A DNA stretch of 64,000 bases from Candidatus Hydrogenedentota bacterium (GCA_045863335.1 BTVY01000012.1:64001-128000); one strand, 5' to 3'. Counted from the stretch's first letter, positions 26,464 to 37,423 are shown. Notes: a model not told the origin generated them from the sequence alone. Program-made: numbers and translations.

Positions 26464-27826
26464 TCAAAACCTCTACCTCCGTCAAACGTTCGGAGTGTTT
26501 TGTGACAGCGAACTCCGCTCCGATGGCATAGCCGACGACCCATGCGATGCGTCCCGCGCTCAACAGCAAGGGGATGCAGTCACGATCCATTGCGGGAACG
26601 CCCGCGTCCACGAAATAATCTTTCACCTTCTTGGTACCGCCGACGCCCATGGGCGAGAATCGGTCGCCCGGTCGGCGGAAGCGCGCCGTCACTTCGTTGC
26701 CCAGGGCCGCGGCGTCAAATACCTGGCGCGCGGGCGTACAGTACTGTGCCAAGGGTTCCTCGGGCATGCGCTCCAGAACGCGAACGCGAAAGACTGATCC
26801 AAAGGCCTTAGTCTCGCCGGGGCAGGCCAGCGCGATCTCGCGCTCGTCCGTTGCCGCATCGCCGCGCACGACATCCGTGCGGTCGCGCGCGTTTCGCAGC
26901 AAGACGCCACCGCCGAGATCAAAAGCACGGCCTACGGGGCCTTCCATCACAAAGGCCCGGGCCGCTTCGACCCGGTCGAAGGGACACTCCACGCCGAAAC
27001 GCCATGCAATTGCAACAATGGCCCGGCGCTGGCACGCGACCATGCCACGAGCGAAGGCGCCGCGGTTGATCCGCCCCGCTTCGAAACAGCGATTCAGGAA
27101 CTCCGCGGCGGCATCGTCCAGCAGTTCGTTCTCCGCACGCTGCACTTCCGCCAGCCGCGTGAGCGCATCGCTGAGCCGGGGGTTGTATTCCGAGGTCAGC
27201 GAAGGAATGAGTTCGTGGCGAATCCGGTTGCGCAGATACCGGGTATCGGTGTTGGAATGATCGATGCGATGCGCGATGCCGCGCGAGTCGAGAAAGGCGA
27301 CAATCTCGGCGCGGGTGCAGTCGATCAGCGGTCGAATGATTCGTGTCCTCCCGGACTTGCGCACCGGCGGAATTCCGGCGAGGCCTCCTGGCGACGTGCC
27401 CCGCAACACGCGCATGAGCACGGTCTCCGCTTGATCGTCGGCATGGTGGCCGGTCGCGATAAGGGCACATCCGGTTTCTTCAGCGACTTCAGACAGAAAT
27501 TGGTACCGCACCCGGCGCGCATACTCCTCGAAGGACAGAGGAGATGATTCCGCCTCCGCTTCGACGGCGCGGCTTTCCGCGTGGAGTCGCACATCCAAGT
27601 GCTCGCAAAGGTCCGCGACAAACTCCGCGTCCGCGGCGCTGGCGCCTTCGCGGGTCTGGTGATCGAGATGGGCCGCCTCCACAGTGTGGCCAAGTTCGCG
27701 GAGCACATGGAGCAGACAAACGGAATCCGCGCCTCCCGACACCGCTACGAGGATGCGGTCGCCGGGTTCCGCCATGCGGTGCGCCCGCATCGTTTCGCGC
27801 ACGCGTTCGAGGAGCGAGTCGGTCAC
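26450..27826 (-). CDS. tilS: tRNA(Ile)-lysidine synthetase
   Basis: VAVSGGADS, TGHHADDQAET, RPL, D.SN..YLRNRIRH, RRPGDRF..G..KKVKD. Confidence 0.96.
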   Translation of the reverse strand: MTDSLLERVRETMRAHRMAEPGDRILVAVSGGADSVCLLHVLRELGHTVEAAHLDHQTREGASAADAEFVADLCEHLDVRLHAESRAVEAEAESSPLSFEEYARRVRYQFLSEVAEETGCALIATGHHADDQAETVLMRVLRGTSPGGLAGIPPVRKSGRTRIIRPLIDCTRAEIVAFLDSRGIAHRIDHSNTDTRYLRNRIRHELIPSLTSEYNPRLSDALTRLAEVQRAENELLDDAAAEFLNRCFEAGRINRGAFARGMVACQRRAIVAIAWRFGVECPFDRVEAARAFVMEGPVGRAFDLGGGVLLRNARDRTDVVRGDAATDEREIALACPGETKAFGSVFRVRVLERMPEEPLAQYCTPARQVFDAAALGNEVTARFRRPGDRFSPMGVGGTKKVKDYFVDAGVPAMDRDCIPLLLSAGRIAWVVGYAIGAEFAVTKHSERLTEVEVLNAPE

Positions 27827-27847
27827 GGTTGTATCCCCCCGCGATGG

Positions 27848-28735
27848 CTATGGTGCGCCGGGGGCATTACGGAATCGTTCCTGAAGCTGCTTCCAGACCG
27901 CAAAGGATTGCCCGAGGTTCTGACGCGGATCGCCCGGGATCAAATAGCTCTGCAAGCCGACGGGTCCCTTGTAGCCCTGATCGAGGAAGGCCTTGAGCAC
28001 CGTGTAGTATTCGTCCATGTCCTCCTCCTCCAGGGGGCCGATGTCGTGGGGGCCTTCATCGCCATTGATGGACATGACGTACATCTTCGGCGTGAGCGCC
28101 TTGGCCACTTCTTCAATCGGCCGCTGGCGGTCGCCCAGCACCTTCCAGTGGTACAGGTTGAACGAGGTGCCGAAATTGGGCCGGTCGACTTTCTCCGCGA
28201 GACGGACGGTGTCTTCCGGCGTTTCCACCCACAAATTGATATGCGGGTACGGCGCAACCTTTACACCATACGGCGCGGCCATGTCGGCGATCTCCTGAAA
28301 GATGGGCACCGCCAACTCGTCGCCCGCGGGATCGGAGGGTTTGAATTGCTTGCTGTGCGTGTTGCACCAGAGGATTGTGCCGTGGTCTTTCAGCAAGGGC
28401 AACGCTTCTGCGAGGCCGGGGTTGTAGGGCTCTTCGCCCGGATCGATGCGCACGGCGAAATAGCTCGTGTAGAGCTTCAGCCCGTGCTTGTCCAGTACCG
28501 CGAGGGTTTCGGCGAGATTATCGAGTTCCCGATTGTCGAATCCGTCCAAGCCGATGTCCGCGAGGATCTGGACCTGCTCCGCGATGGACTCCGGCCCGTC
28601 GACCTCCATGCTGTTCTTGTAAGCGAAGAGCGGATTATCGAGCGCATCCGCGAACGTCGGTTCCGCCATGAATAGCACCCCCACCAGAACAAGGCATGCA
28701 CGTTTCAGCATTGGGCCTTTTGTGAGTCTGCTCAT
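27848..28735 (-). CDS. Exported sugar phosphate isomerase/epimerase (TIM barrel)
   Basis: YPH..WVE, NFGTSFNLYHW, SING, GYKGPVGLQ; signal peptide. Confidence 0.8.
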   Translation of the reverse strand: MSRLTKGPMLKRACLVLVGVLFMAEPTFADALDNPLFAYKNSMEVDGPESIAEQVQILADIGLDGFDNRELDNLAETLAVLDKHGLKLYTSYFAVRIDPGEEPYNPGLAEALPLLKDHGTILWCNTHSKQFKPSDPAGDELAVPIFQEIADMAAPYGVKVAPYPHINLWVETPEDTVRLAEKVDRPNFGTSFNLYHWKVLGDRQRPIEEVAKALTPKMYVMSINGDEGPHDIGPLEEEDMDEYYTVLKAFLDQGYKGPVGLQSYLIPGDPRQNLGQSFAVWKQLQERFRNAPGAP

Positions 28736-28876
28736 TTGTAATCCCTCGTTCATTCGGGCTATCACCAGATGGAGAATCGTGCGTGCCGTCCGGCGTATGA
28801 TGGCGCATACGCTTTTGCTCCAGAATCGAGCGTAGTCGAATGAATCCAAGCGTTCAAGCGAGAGGGAGAAGTTCAC

Positions 28877-30808
28877 ATGACCGTGATCCGGCACATCGTA
28901 CCATTCCTGTCAATCGCCGCCTGCGCGTTTGTCGCCCATGCTGACCTTCGGGTCACCGCCGTCGAGACGCCCGAAGGATGGACCGCGGTCGTACACGACG
29001 GAGAGCAGATCGTGTTTGATTCGGCGGAGAGCGCGACGCATCTCACCGCCACGATCGCGACGGAGGACGGTCCGGTTACCCGCGCAGTTTCGTTCGCCAC
29101 GTACTCCGAGCAGGACCACACGTTCTCCGACGGCGTAGTGCCCGATCTCAGCATCAAAGAAAGCTACCGTTTTCTCGCGCCGGGGCTCATCGAGCGCACC
29201 GTTACCGTGCAGGCACATGCCGACATGCGCTATTTCCTGGATTTCGGCTGGCGCGTGAACGTAAACGGCGACTTCCATTCCTTCACGGGAAAAGAGGAAG
29301 TGTCTGCCTCGTACAGTCCCGGGTGCTCCGGGCCCGAGTTCGGCGGCGGCTCCTTGCAGACCTTTCCCTTCCTCGGATGCCTTTTAGGAGACACGCTGTA
29401 CGGCATCATCGGCGATACGCCGGGTCATTGGGAGAATCGTTCGTTCATGGCCTTTGACCTCGAAAGGCGCGCGTTCTCTCTGGCAAACGGGGACGGATCG
29501 GCGAGCCGCGTGATTTCCATTCCTCGAGAATTGGATGCCACGACGGTCTACCGGGCCGAATTCGACGGCTGGCAGCACATTGAGGCCGGCGAGGTGCAGT
29601 CCTTTACCACCTGGATTCTTGCGTCGCCCGCCCAGTCGCACTACGACGTGCAACTGGCGGCCCATCTCGCACTCGCAAATGCGAAGGGATTCAACGCATC
29701 AGGTCTGGAAGCCATCCTTCGGAACACCTCGTATTTGCTCCTGCGCCGGAATTTGCTGCGGCCGGAAAGCGATTACATCTTCATATCCGGCGTGGGCTAC
29801 GGGTGGAAACAGTGGGTCACCGACGGGTTCTACATGAGCCGGGGTCTCAACGATCCCATGTACGACACGGCGGCCCAGGCGGCGGTCTTTTACGACCGCA
29901 TCAGTTACGAAGACAACGCGCAGTATTACCTCATCTGGTCGGCGCTGGCGAAACGGGCGGGCGGCGATATCGACATGCGCACCGTCGAACGCGCGTATCA
30001 CTTCATGCGGAACCATGAAGTCGACGGCCTTTTCTATCCGCCCCGCCTCAAACCCGATATCGACTGGATGAAAACCTACCATGACATGCTGCCTTACGAC
30101 GACGATGACGCGCCCTCTTCCAACCAGGGATTCCATTGCGGCGCGCTCATGGCGGCCCGGGAACTGGGCTTCCCCGTTACGGACGAAGACATCGAGAAAG
30201 CGAAGGCCGGATACCGCCGCATGTTCAACGCCGAAGGCGGCTACATGGCCACGAGCCTCAAGCAGCAGGACCACATCGGCCAGGATTCGCTGTACGGCGA
30301 AGTGCTCACGTACGCGGTGTTCGGCGAGAAACTGTTGCCGGACGACATCGTGAAGAAGCACATCGAGACGACGATGCGGATTCAGACGCCCTACGGCATG
30401 CGCGTGATTTCCGAGGCAAATGGAGACTTACTGCCCGACCACACGGGGGTCTACGTCTACGGTGGGTCCTGGTTCCTCAACGATGCTTGCGTCTACCTCG
30501 ACGGTCTCATTCACGGTATGGACCCGGACTGGATCGACGAAAAGCTGCTCTGGCGGCTCGAACGCGAGCTCGACGTCATGCCCGCGTTTCACGAATCCAT
30601 CAGTACGGTCGATGGCCATCCCCACGGCCATCACCTCTATTCCTGGAACTCGGGATTCTGGTGGCTGCGCCACGAAGTGCGTAAACACCTCGGTATGGAA
30701 GGAGCCGATCCACTGTCCGCCGCGCTGGACGAGAAACTCGGAATCGAGGCCGTGGATGGTATGCTGATGCTCGATCCGGCAATGTCGGGAAAGCGGCCGA
30801 ATTGGTAG
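28877..30808 (+). CDS. Exported hypothetical protein, probable six-hairpin glycosidase-like
   Basis: Signal peptide; Trp/Tyr/Asp-rich helical C-terminal half (YGWKQWVTDGF, NQG, YGGSWFLND, FHE). Confidence 0.6.
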   Translation: MTVIRHIVPFLSIAACAFVAHADLRVTAVETPEGWTAVVHDGEQIVFDSAESATHLTATIATEDGPVTRAVSFATYSEQDHTFSDGVVPDLSIKESYRFLAPGLIERTVTVQAHADMRYFLDFGWRVNVNGDFHSFTGKEEVSASYSPGCSGPEFGGGSLQTFPFLGCLLGDTLYGIIGDTPGHWENRSFMAFDLERRAFSLANGDGSASRVISIPRELDATTVYRAEFDGWQHIEAGEVQSFTTWILASPAQSHYDVQLAAHLALANAKGFNASGLEAILRNTSYLLLRRNLLRPESDYIFISGVGYGWKQWVTDGFYMSRGLNDPMYDTAAQAAVFYDRISYEDNAQYYLIWSALAKRAGGDIDMRTVERAYHFMRNHEVDGLFYPPRLKPDIDWMKTYHDMLPYDDDDAPSSNQGFHCGALMAARELGFPVTDEDIEKAKAGYRRMFNAEGGYMATSLKQQDHIGQDSLYGEVLTYAVFGEKLLPDDIVKKHIETTMRIQTPYGMRVISEANGDLLPDHTGVYVYGGSWFLNDACVYLDGLIHGMDPDWIDEKLLWRLERELDVMPAFHESISTVDGHPHGHHLYSWNSGFWWLRHEVRKHLGMEGADPLSAALDEKLGIEAVDGMLMLDPAMSGKRPNW

Positions 30809-30835
30809 TTTCGGGTAAATCCCTTTTGGAGACAA

Positions 30836-31618
30836 ATGGTCATGACGTACAACCATCGAATACCGCTCCTCCTTGTTCTGGTCTCCTTCAGTCTCGTGGC
30901 ATCCATCGCGTCAGTGTCGGAAGACGCGCCCGAATACGTCGTGAAGCCGACGAGCACCGCACCCGAACTGGCCGGCCGCTGGGACAGTCCCGTGTGGGAG
31001 CAGGCGAATACGCTCGAAGTGACGCACTTCTTCCCCGCGGAACAGCACCCCGGCGTGAGCGATCACAAGCCTGAAACGAAGGCGCGGGTACTTTATGACG
31101 ACAAGGGGCTTTATATTCATTTTCTCGTCCACGACCAGTACGTGCGCTGCATCGAAACGGAGTACCACGGAAAGGTATGGGAAGACGCGGCCGTCGAGTT
31201 CTTCGTACAACCCAAGGCAGACCGCGGCTACTTCAATTTCGAGATCAACTGCGGCGGAACGATGCTGCTGTCGTACCACGAGAACCCCGACTACACCGGG
31301 CCCTCGCTGCGGGAAGGCGGAAGCGTGCCCTGGGAACTCGCGAAGGAAGTGACCATTTATCATTCCATGCCGGAAACCGTCGAACCGGAAATCACGGAAC
31401 CGGTGACGTGGCACATCGAGTTCCTCATTTCGTTCGCGCTCTTCGAGGAATACCTCGGACCCTTGGGCGAGTTGCCCGGCCAGGAATGGCGCGCCAACTT
31501 CTACAAGATCGCCACCAACAATTCCCACAACCACTACGGCGCCTGGTCGCCAATCCTCGAAGGCGCGAGTTTTCATGCGCCGCAGTTTTTCGGCGTATTG
31601 AAGTTCGGGGAAGAGTAG
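30836..31618 (+). CDS. Carbohydrate-binding family 9-like protein
   Basis: TKARVLYDDKGLY, VWEDAAVEFF, YFNFEINC.G, WRANFYK, FHAPQFFG. Confidence 0.85.
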   Translation: MVMTYNHRIPLLLVLVSFSLVASIASVSEDAPEYVVKPTSTAPELAGRWDSPVWEQANTLEVTHFFPAEQHPGVSDHKPETKARVLYDDKGLYIHFLVHDQYVRCIETEYHGKVWEDAAVEFFVQPKADRGYFNFEINCGGTMLLSYHENPDYTGPSLREGGSVPWELAKEVTIYHSMPETVEPEITEPVTWHIEFLISFALFEEYLGPLGELPGQEWRANFYKIATNNSHNHYGAWSPILEGASFHAPQFFGVLKFGEE

Positions 31619-31668
31619 AAACAAGCAGGTCCGCAGATGAGCAATTCTTTCGTCGCACCTCCGGGCGT

Positions 31669-32142
31669 TTACGACGCTTCGTCACCCACGTTCCGCACCA
31701 TATTGAAACGGCGGAAGAGGACGCCGTCGTAGTCGACTTCGTCCATACGATCCACGGTGAAGCCGTGACGTTCGAACACGGCTTTGGAGAGGAAACTCGC
31801 CTCCGTGTGGAACCGCCGGATGCCGCGCTTCTCGGCCTGGTTCATCACGTGCCGCAGCAGTTGCGAGGCGTACCCCATGCGATTGAATTCGGGGTGCACA
31901 TAGAGGGACGCAATATGCCCGTCGCCGTCGAAACCGCAAAACGCGACGGGGATATCTTCGACAGTCACCGCATACGTTTCCGGGCCGAAGACGAACTGCC
32001 GGAACTTCTCTGTTTGGGCGGGAAAAGCTGACCACGCCTCGACCTGCTCGGGAGAGTAGATGGCCGTGGCGGTCCGGCGGACCGCCTCGGTGTAGATCTC
32101 AACGAGACGAGGATAATCGCTCTCCCGCACCCGGCGAATCAT
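31669..32142 (-). CDS. GNAT family N-acetyltransferase (YafP-like)
   Basis: YSPEQVEAW, HIASLYVHP...GYAS, TEAS..VFERHGF. Confidence 0.9.
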   Translation of the reverse strand: MIRRVRESDYPRLVEIYTEAVRRTATAIYSPEQVEAWSAFPAQTEKFRQFVFGPETYAVTVEDIPVAFCGFDGDGHIASLYVHPEFNRMGYASQLLRHVMNQAEKRGIRRFHTEASFLSKAVFERHGFTVDRMDEVDYDGVLFRRFNMVRNVGDEAS

Positions 32143-32176
32143 GACAAGTCAATTCCGCAGATTGGGCAGTCGCACG

Positions 32177-33469
32177 TTACTCGATCATGGCGATGGGTTG
32201 CGTCCACGCCGTTTCGAAATCGCCCTCGCGGAAGGGGTTCTTCTTCAGCTTGGACGACACGATCTTGGCGCGCACGTACAGCTCCGCGCCCGTAAACCGG
32301 TATACCGCCGGAGACTTGTCGGTTTCCAACAGTACTTCGCCCACTTCATCGCTGTAGACGTGCGTCGCGCGGATGATGTTGCCGTCTTCGTCCTTCACGG
32401 GTTCGCCGTGCAAGTCCGCTCCTTTGCGGGTGCCAATGAACTGCGTCGTATAGGTCACGCCCGGTTCCGGCAGGATCTCGATGGTGAACTGGCCGTTCTC
32501 CACGCGGATGCTGCTGAGTGTGACACCGGAGGTTGAGTAAGAATGACCCTGCTTCAACGCGCCGATCAGCGACTCCGCCGTCAGGTCTTCTGCCAACACC
32601 ATGATCCAGCCGCGCCCGGGGATCGACTGGCCCGGCCCTTCGTAGAACCAACTGTGCGCGTCGTCTGTGGCGACCGCATACATGGGTTTCGGCGTATCGC
32701 CTTCGTTGAGACGGAGGGAAAGGATGATATCCCACAACCGGTCCGTCGCGGGGATATGTTTCTCGGGATCGCCCCAGTTTCGCACGCCGCCGTGGCCGTT
32801 GTAGACCTCGAAGAAGCGTTCGCCGCCCACGGCGACAATCTCCTCGGCGGTGACGGTGGAGTCCCAGTTCGGGTGATTGATGTGGACAAGAATAGGCACG
32901 CCGTGTTCGTGCGCATGCGCATCGATAAGATCCAGGTTCTTCTGCAAGGTGCCCGTGACACTGTCGTCATTGATGGGTGTGATGACGCCGCGCGTGTTGA
33001 CGGCATTGATGTGAACCGCCTTCTTCGCGGTGACCTCTTCGCCGGGAATGACGAGGAACTCGCCCGGCTCCTCGAAACGCTCCTGCAGTTCGGACAAGGT
33101 CTTCAGGCGCATCATGAGCGTTCCATCGCGTTCTTCCACAACAACCCAATCCTCACCGAACTCCTCGCGCAACGCATCGACCTTTTCCATCGGGAGCCGT
33201 TTCTTCTCGTCGTCGATGGGCATCCATTTTTCGCCCACCTGAAGGATGTTATGGTCACTGACGCAGATGAAGTCGTAGCCGTGATTCAAATAGAAATTTA
33301 CGGCGACCTCCGGCGCGGCGTCACCGTCGCTCCAAAGCGTGTGGAAGTGGGTGACGCCCTTGAACCACTGTTTGCCGTTGCCCTCCTGCAGGGTTACGTC
33401 GCCGAAGGCAAACGGAGCAATCGTGAAAATGGCGCATAGAAGCGGCCAGGCAAAGTCATGTCGTCGCAT
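32177..33469 (-). CDS. Exported PHP-domain metallohydrolase
   Basis: WFKG.THFHTLWSDG, SDHN, GEE, NHPNW, ATDDAH, YVRAK, AWTQP. Confidence 0.85.
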   Translation of the reverse strand: MRRHDFAWPLLCAIFTIAPFAFGDVTLQEGNGKQWFKGVTHFHTLWSDGDAAPEVAVNFYLNHGYDFICVSDHNILQVGEKWMPIDDEKKRLPMEKVDALREEFGEDWVVVEERDGTLMMRLKTLSELQERFEEPGEFLVIPGEEVTAKKAVHINAVNTRGVITPINDDSVTGTLQKNLDLIDAHAHEHGVPILVHINHPNWDSTVTAEEIVAVGGERFFEVYNGHGGVRNWGDPEKHIPATDRLWDIILSLRLNEGDTPKPMYAVATDDAHSWFYEGPGQSIPGRGWIMVLAEDLTAESLIGALKQGHSYSTSGVTLSSIRVENGQFTIEILPEPGVTYTTQFIGTRKGADLHGEPVKDEDGNIIRATHVYSDEVGEVLLETDKSPAVYRFTGAELYVRAKIVSSKLKKNPFREGDFETAWTQPIAMIE

Positions 33470-33577
33470 CGGTGAATCTCCCGGTTTCTTGCGGCTGCGC
33501 GCGGACGCCATAGGCGTCGCATTTGTTTCGTGATAGTAAGCGCCTCTTACCCGAGTTGCAAGAACGCTGGCTCAGGA

Positions 33578-35275
33578 TTACCAGGGCCCCGCACCCTGAT
33601 GGTCAACGCTTATCGGATGAGATAGTTCGCCGTACAGCGTGTCGATATAGGCCAGCTTCCGCTCCGGCGACTTGCCGTCTCCAATGGGAAAGACGCAGAA
33701 GGCGCTCTTTTCGCCGTAGTAGGTGTCGGCGTTCAAGATCACTGGATGATCCGGCACGTAGTCGCCCCAGGGATACACAAGCGACCGGCTCCAGTAACGG
33801 AAGTTCCACCCGTAGTCCGCGATGATCGTCGCCGTGGACGCGATCGCCGGCGGCCATGCGCCGCGCGTGCCGGCGTGCTGTTTCAAGCGAATGCTGGCCA
33901 GGCCGATGCCGTTCTCCTCGCGCGTGAGACATACGTAGGGCGCCTCGGCTGCCACGATGTTCACGATACCGGGGGTCAACCCTTCCCCCTGCACCATGGG
34001 CCGGTAGTCGATCTCGCCGTTCTGCCGCCGCCATCCCGCGTGATCCACTTCGGTGGACGGCATGAACACGACCTCCTCGTTGCGGAGCGCGTTCACGACG
34101 AGATCTTCGCGGATGTCGATGGTCGATTCCACCAGCACGTAGGGCGTCTTCGCGAAGAAGTGGTAGGTGACATTCACATCCACTTCCGTGGCTTCCGGCA
34201 AATGCCCCCAGCGCCGCCACGCGACCGCCACCGGACCCTGCTGCATCACGCGCTTGGGCGGCGGGTTCCAACCCTTCGTATGCGTCCACGGCCGATTCTT
34301 CACCCACACGTCGGGATTGTAGTGCAGCGTGTAGCCCGGCTTCTCCGGAAAGCCGAAGGTTCGTTTCTCGCCAACGCCGAACTGTTTCGATCGGAAACCG
34401 TTGATGCTCTGATTCTGCGGGTCGAGTTGGACCTCGTAAAATTCATTCTCGATCCACGTTGCCCCGTCGTCCCGCTGGCTCACCTTGAGATCGGATTCGT
34501 AAGACGGCGCTTCGGCCTCGTCATTGCCATACGCGACGATGTAGTACGACTTGCCGTTCGCCGGCACGTCGACCAGGATCGCCGCCTGGCAGGTCGTATA
34601 CGTAGACTCCTGCTTCGGCGTATCGAAACGCCGCTTCTCGTAGAACACCTGGCTCGGAATCTCGCGCGTTGCGCCCGTCTTCAGATCGTACGCCGCGACG
34701 CGCAATTCCTTGGTCCACGACTGCACGCGCTCGGCCTCATCGGAAATGAACATCATGTACGGAGCCTGCTTCCGTTCGATGCCGAAATCGTCGCGCAACA
34801 CGAGCACGCGATGTTCTGCCCATCCGGCAAAGGGGAATCCCTGCCCGGTGGGCGCAGTTTCCTCGATCTCGACCTTAACGACCTCTTCCGTGTCCAGCCG
34901 CTTCCCTTCGAGCGCGATCGTGACGGTCTCCCCCGCCACCCATGGACACCGCACGTTGAACGCCGCCTCCTTGCCCGCGGGCACGGTCCCGTTCGCGGGC
35001 CGATCCACGCGCCCGTCCGGTTCCCACTGCGTTAACTGGCCGTCCACATAGGCAACGAATACTTCCGTGTTCCCGCCGGCCACAGCGGCATCGATCTTGT
35101 ACTCAAATTCGACGGGCGCAAGCTCCACGCGCGCATGATAGAACCGGGTCTCGTCGGTGGGCGGGTGAAACCGGATAGCAGTAGCCACCGGGTTTTGCGC
35201 CGCCGCTTGAAGGGCAATGAACGAAAGTAGAACGCCACATAACGCCAGGGTAGGCAGGCATCGCAGGTTGTTCAT
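33578..35275 (-). CDS. Exported hypothetical protein (beta-sandwich/mutarotase-like C-terminal half possible)
   Basis: 565-aa ORF, signal peptide, GAGGT RBS; IENEFY.V.L and GPVAV motifs. Confidence 0.7.
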   Translation of the reverse strand: MNNLRCLPTLALCGVLLSFIALQAAAQNPVATAIRFHPPTDETRFYHARVELAPVEFEYKIDAAVAGGNTEVFVAYVDGQLTQWEPDGRVDRPANGTVPAGKEAAFNVRCPWVAGETVTIALEGKRLDTEEVVKVEIEETAPTGQGFPFAGWAEHRVLVLRDDFGIERKQAPYMMFISDEAERVQSWTKELRVAAYDLKTGATREIPSQVFYEKRRFDTPKQESTYTTCQAAILVDVPANGKSYYIVAYGNDEAEAPSYESDLKVSQRDDGATWIENEFYEVQLDPQNQSINGFRSKQFGVGEKRTFGFPEKPGYTLHYNPDVWVKNRPWTHTKGWNPPPKRVMQQGPVAVAWRRWGHLPEATEVDVNVTYHFFAKTPYVLVESTIDIREDLVVNALRNEEVVFMPSTEVDHAGWRRQNGEIDYRPMVQGEGLTPGIVNIVAAEAPYVCLTREENGIGLASIRLKQHAGTRGAWPPAIASTATIIADYGWNFRYWSRSLVYPWGDYVPDHPVILNADTYYGEKSAFCVFPIGDGKSPERKLAYIDTLYGELSHPISVDHQGAGPW

Positions 35276-35506
35276 AGTTTACCTCGCAACTCGGGTCGAT
35301 TGCATGGGCTCCGGAATTGGTATCGTAACACGCCGAACCGAAATTCACGAGTGACGAATCCCAATCCGCCAATAAATTGCGGAGTCATTGCGATGGCCCG
35401 CGCGTCGCCTCGTGGATTGGCATACGGCTTGCCGATGGGTACACTGTCCAAAACGGGCCAGTCGTCAGTGCCTCGGCACAACTCAATTCTTGGAGGAAAT
35501 CGATCC

Positions 35507-36490
35507 ATGCATTCGACGTTTACAGTACTCAGCCTTGTCGCGGCGGGCCTTATGTTCGCGGCTACGACCTACGCACAACCGACGGAGCCCACCTATGGCG
35601 AACGCCTTGGATGGGGGCCGGACCAACGGATTCTGATCTTCCATAACGACGACGCGGGCATGTCCCATGAGAGCAACCTGGGCACCATCGAGGGGTTCGA
35701 GAAGGGTCTTCTCACCTCGTGCAGCACGATGATGCCTTGTTCCTGGGTGCCGGAATGGGCGGACTATTTGAAGGAACACCCGGAGATCGACAACGGTCTG
35801 CACCTGACATTGACGTCGGAGTGGAATCACTACCGATGGGGACCAGTCGCGGGCCGTGACGCGGTGCCGGGACTGGTCGATGCGCAAGGCTACATGCACC
35901 GCGGCGTGGTGGAGACGATATCCAATGCCAGCGCCGATGAAGTCGAAAAGGAAATCCGCGCCCAGATCGCGTTGGCGGAAAAGCTGGGCATGCCCATTAC
36001 CCATCTCGATTCCCACATGGGTACCTTGTTCTACTCGCCGGAGTTCTTTGAGCGCTACGTGAAAATCGGCGTCGAGAAACAGATTCCCATCATGATCATG
36101 GACCCGAAGAACCTGGAAGGAGCGAACCGGGGCGCGGCAGAAGCGGCCAACCTGGCGCAGGCCGTTCAACTCGCGTGGGACGGCGGACTGCCGGTGCTCG
36201 ACCATCTTATGACGTCCACCGCGGACACGAGCGATCCCAACGAGATGATCGATGCGCTAATTCAGAATCTGCGCAATCTCAAACCCGGCATCACGCAGAT
36301 TATTCTGCACGGTACCCGCCCCGGCCAGAACTTCGGTGCCATTTCCAGTTCCGGCGGCAAGCGCGAGGCCGAACTCGAAATGGTTCTCAGCGATCGGGTC
36401 AAGCAGGTCATTGAGGAGGAAGGCATCGTTCTAACTACGTACAAGGAACTGATGGCCCGCCGGCAGCGGGTCGCGGCCGGAACGAACTAA
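35507..36490 (+). CDS. ChbG/YdjC family carbohydrate deacetylase
   Basis: IFHNDDAGM, GLHLTLTSEW, THLDSHMG; GGAGG RBS. Confidence 0.88.
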   Translation: MHSTFTVLSLVAAGLMFAATTYAQPTEPTYGERLGWGPDQRILIFHNDDAGMSHESNLGTIEGFEKGLLTSCSTMMPCSWVPEWADYLKEHPEIDNGLHLTLTSEWNHYRWGPVAGRDAVPGLVDAQGYMHRGVVETISNASADEVEKEIRAQIALAEKLGMPITHLDSHMGTLFYSPEFFERYVKIGVEKQIPIMIMDPKNLEGANRGAAEAANLAQAVQLAWDGGLPVLDHLMTSTADTSDPNEMIDALIQNLRNLKPGITQIILHGTRPGQNFGAISSSGGKREAELEMVLSDRVKQVIEEEGIVLTTYKELMARRQRVAAGTN

Positions 36491-36532
36491 CTGGACCGCT
36501 CGGGGAAACGTCAACAACGGGGAAGGGTTGCC

Positions 36533-37423
36533 ATGAATCGACGGACATTCTTGAAAACCAGCGCGATCCTGGCGGCCGCAGGGACGGGGACTACGTCTCG
36601 TGCGTCCGCCCAAACCACCGCTACGGGCCCTGGTGGACTCACCAGCATTTCGTACAACGTTCTCGCGTGCCGAGGCTACCCGGAGACGGACGATAACCGG
36701 GAACGCCTCGTCCGCGCGCGGGAGGCCATGACCACGCGATTCGCCCTGGAATTGGGCCTGTACCTGCCGGACATCGTGACCTTCCAGGAATCACCCGACG
36801 AGGCCACCGTGGCCGCCATCGCCGAAGCGATGAACATGCATTACGCGTATTTTCCCGGCGGCTGGCCCGGTAACGACGACTGGCCCGGCGGATTTCCTGG
36901 GACCATCATGTCGCGTTTTCCCATCGTGGAGAAGGAGAATTGCCCGCTCGCGGAGGGGGCTCGTCCAGACGATTTGTTTACCCGCCACTGGTGCAACGCC
37001 ATCCTGGAGACCGGCCAGGGCCGGCTCCCGGTCTTCAGCGCGCATCTGCACCCCAGCGATGCCGCCGTTCGGGAACGGGAGGTGACGGAAATCCTGAAGG
37101 TCTTGCGGCCTCATCTCGACGGGGGCGCGGCGTTTCTCTTCCAGGGCGATCTGAACCACGCGCCCGACGGACCCGAATATGCGCGGTGGGTTGAGGCAGG
37201 GTTGTCAGACACGTTCGCCGCGAAAGGCAGCGGAGTGGATGTCTCCGTTCCCAGCACCGAACCACAAAAGCGCATCGATTTTATCTGGGCCCATGGGGCT
37301 TTGGCGGACAGGCTCGAAGAGGCGCGCATTCTGTTCGAGGGACAGTTCCGGACCAATCCCGAGGACCCGAAATCGTTCGCCCTCAGCGATCACATTCCAG
37401 TACTGGCGCGATTTGGCATTTAG
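36533..37423 (+). CDS. Tat-exported endonuclease/exonuclease/phosphatase family protein
   Basis: NRRTFLK; SYNV, DIVTFQE, GDLN, RIDFI, SDH.PV. Confidence 0.9.
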   Translation: MNRRTFLKTSAILAAAGTGTTSRASAQTTATGPGGLTSISYNVLACRGYPETDDNRERLVRAREAMTTRFALELGLYLPDIVTFQESPDEATVAAIAEAMNMHYAYFPGGWPGNDDWPGGFPGTIMSRFPIVEKENCPLAEGARPDDLFTRHWCNAILETGQGRLPVFSAHLHPSDAAVREREVTEILKVLRPHLDGGAAFLFQGDLNHAPDGPEYARWVEAGLSDTFAAKGSGVDVSVPSTEPQKRIDFIWAHGALADRLEEARILFEGQFRTNPEDPKSFALSDHIPVLARFGI

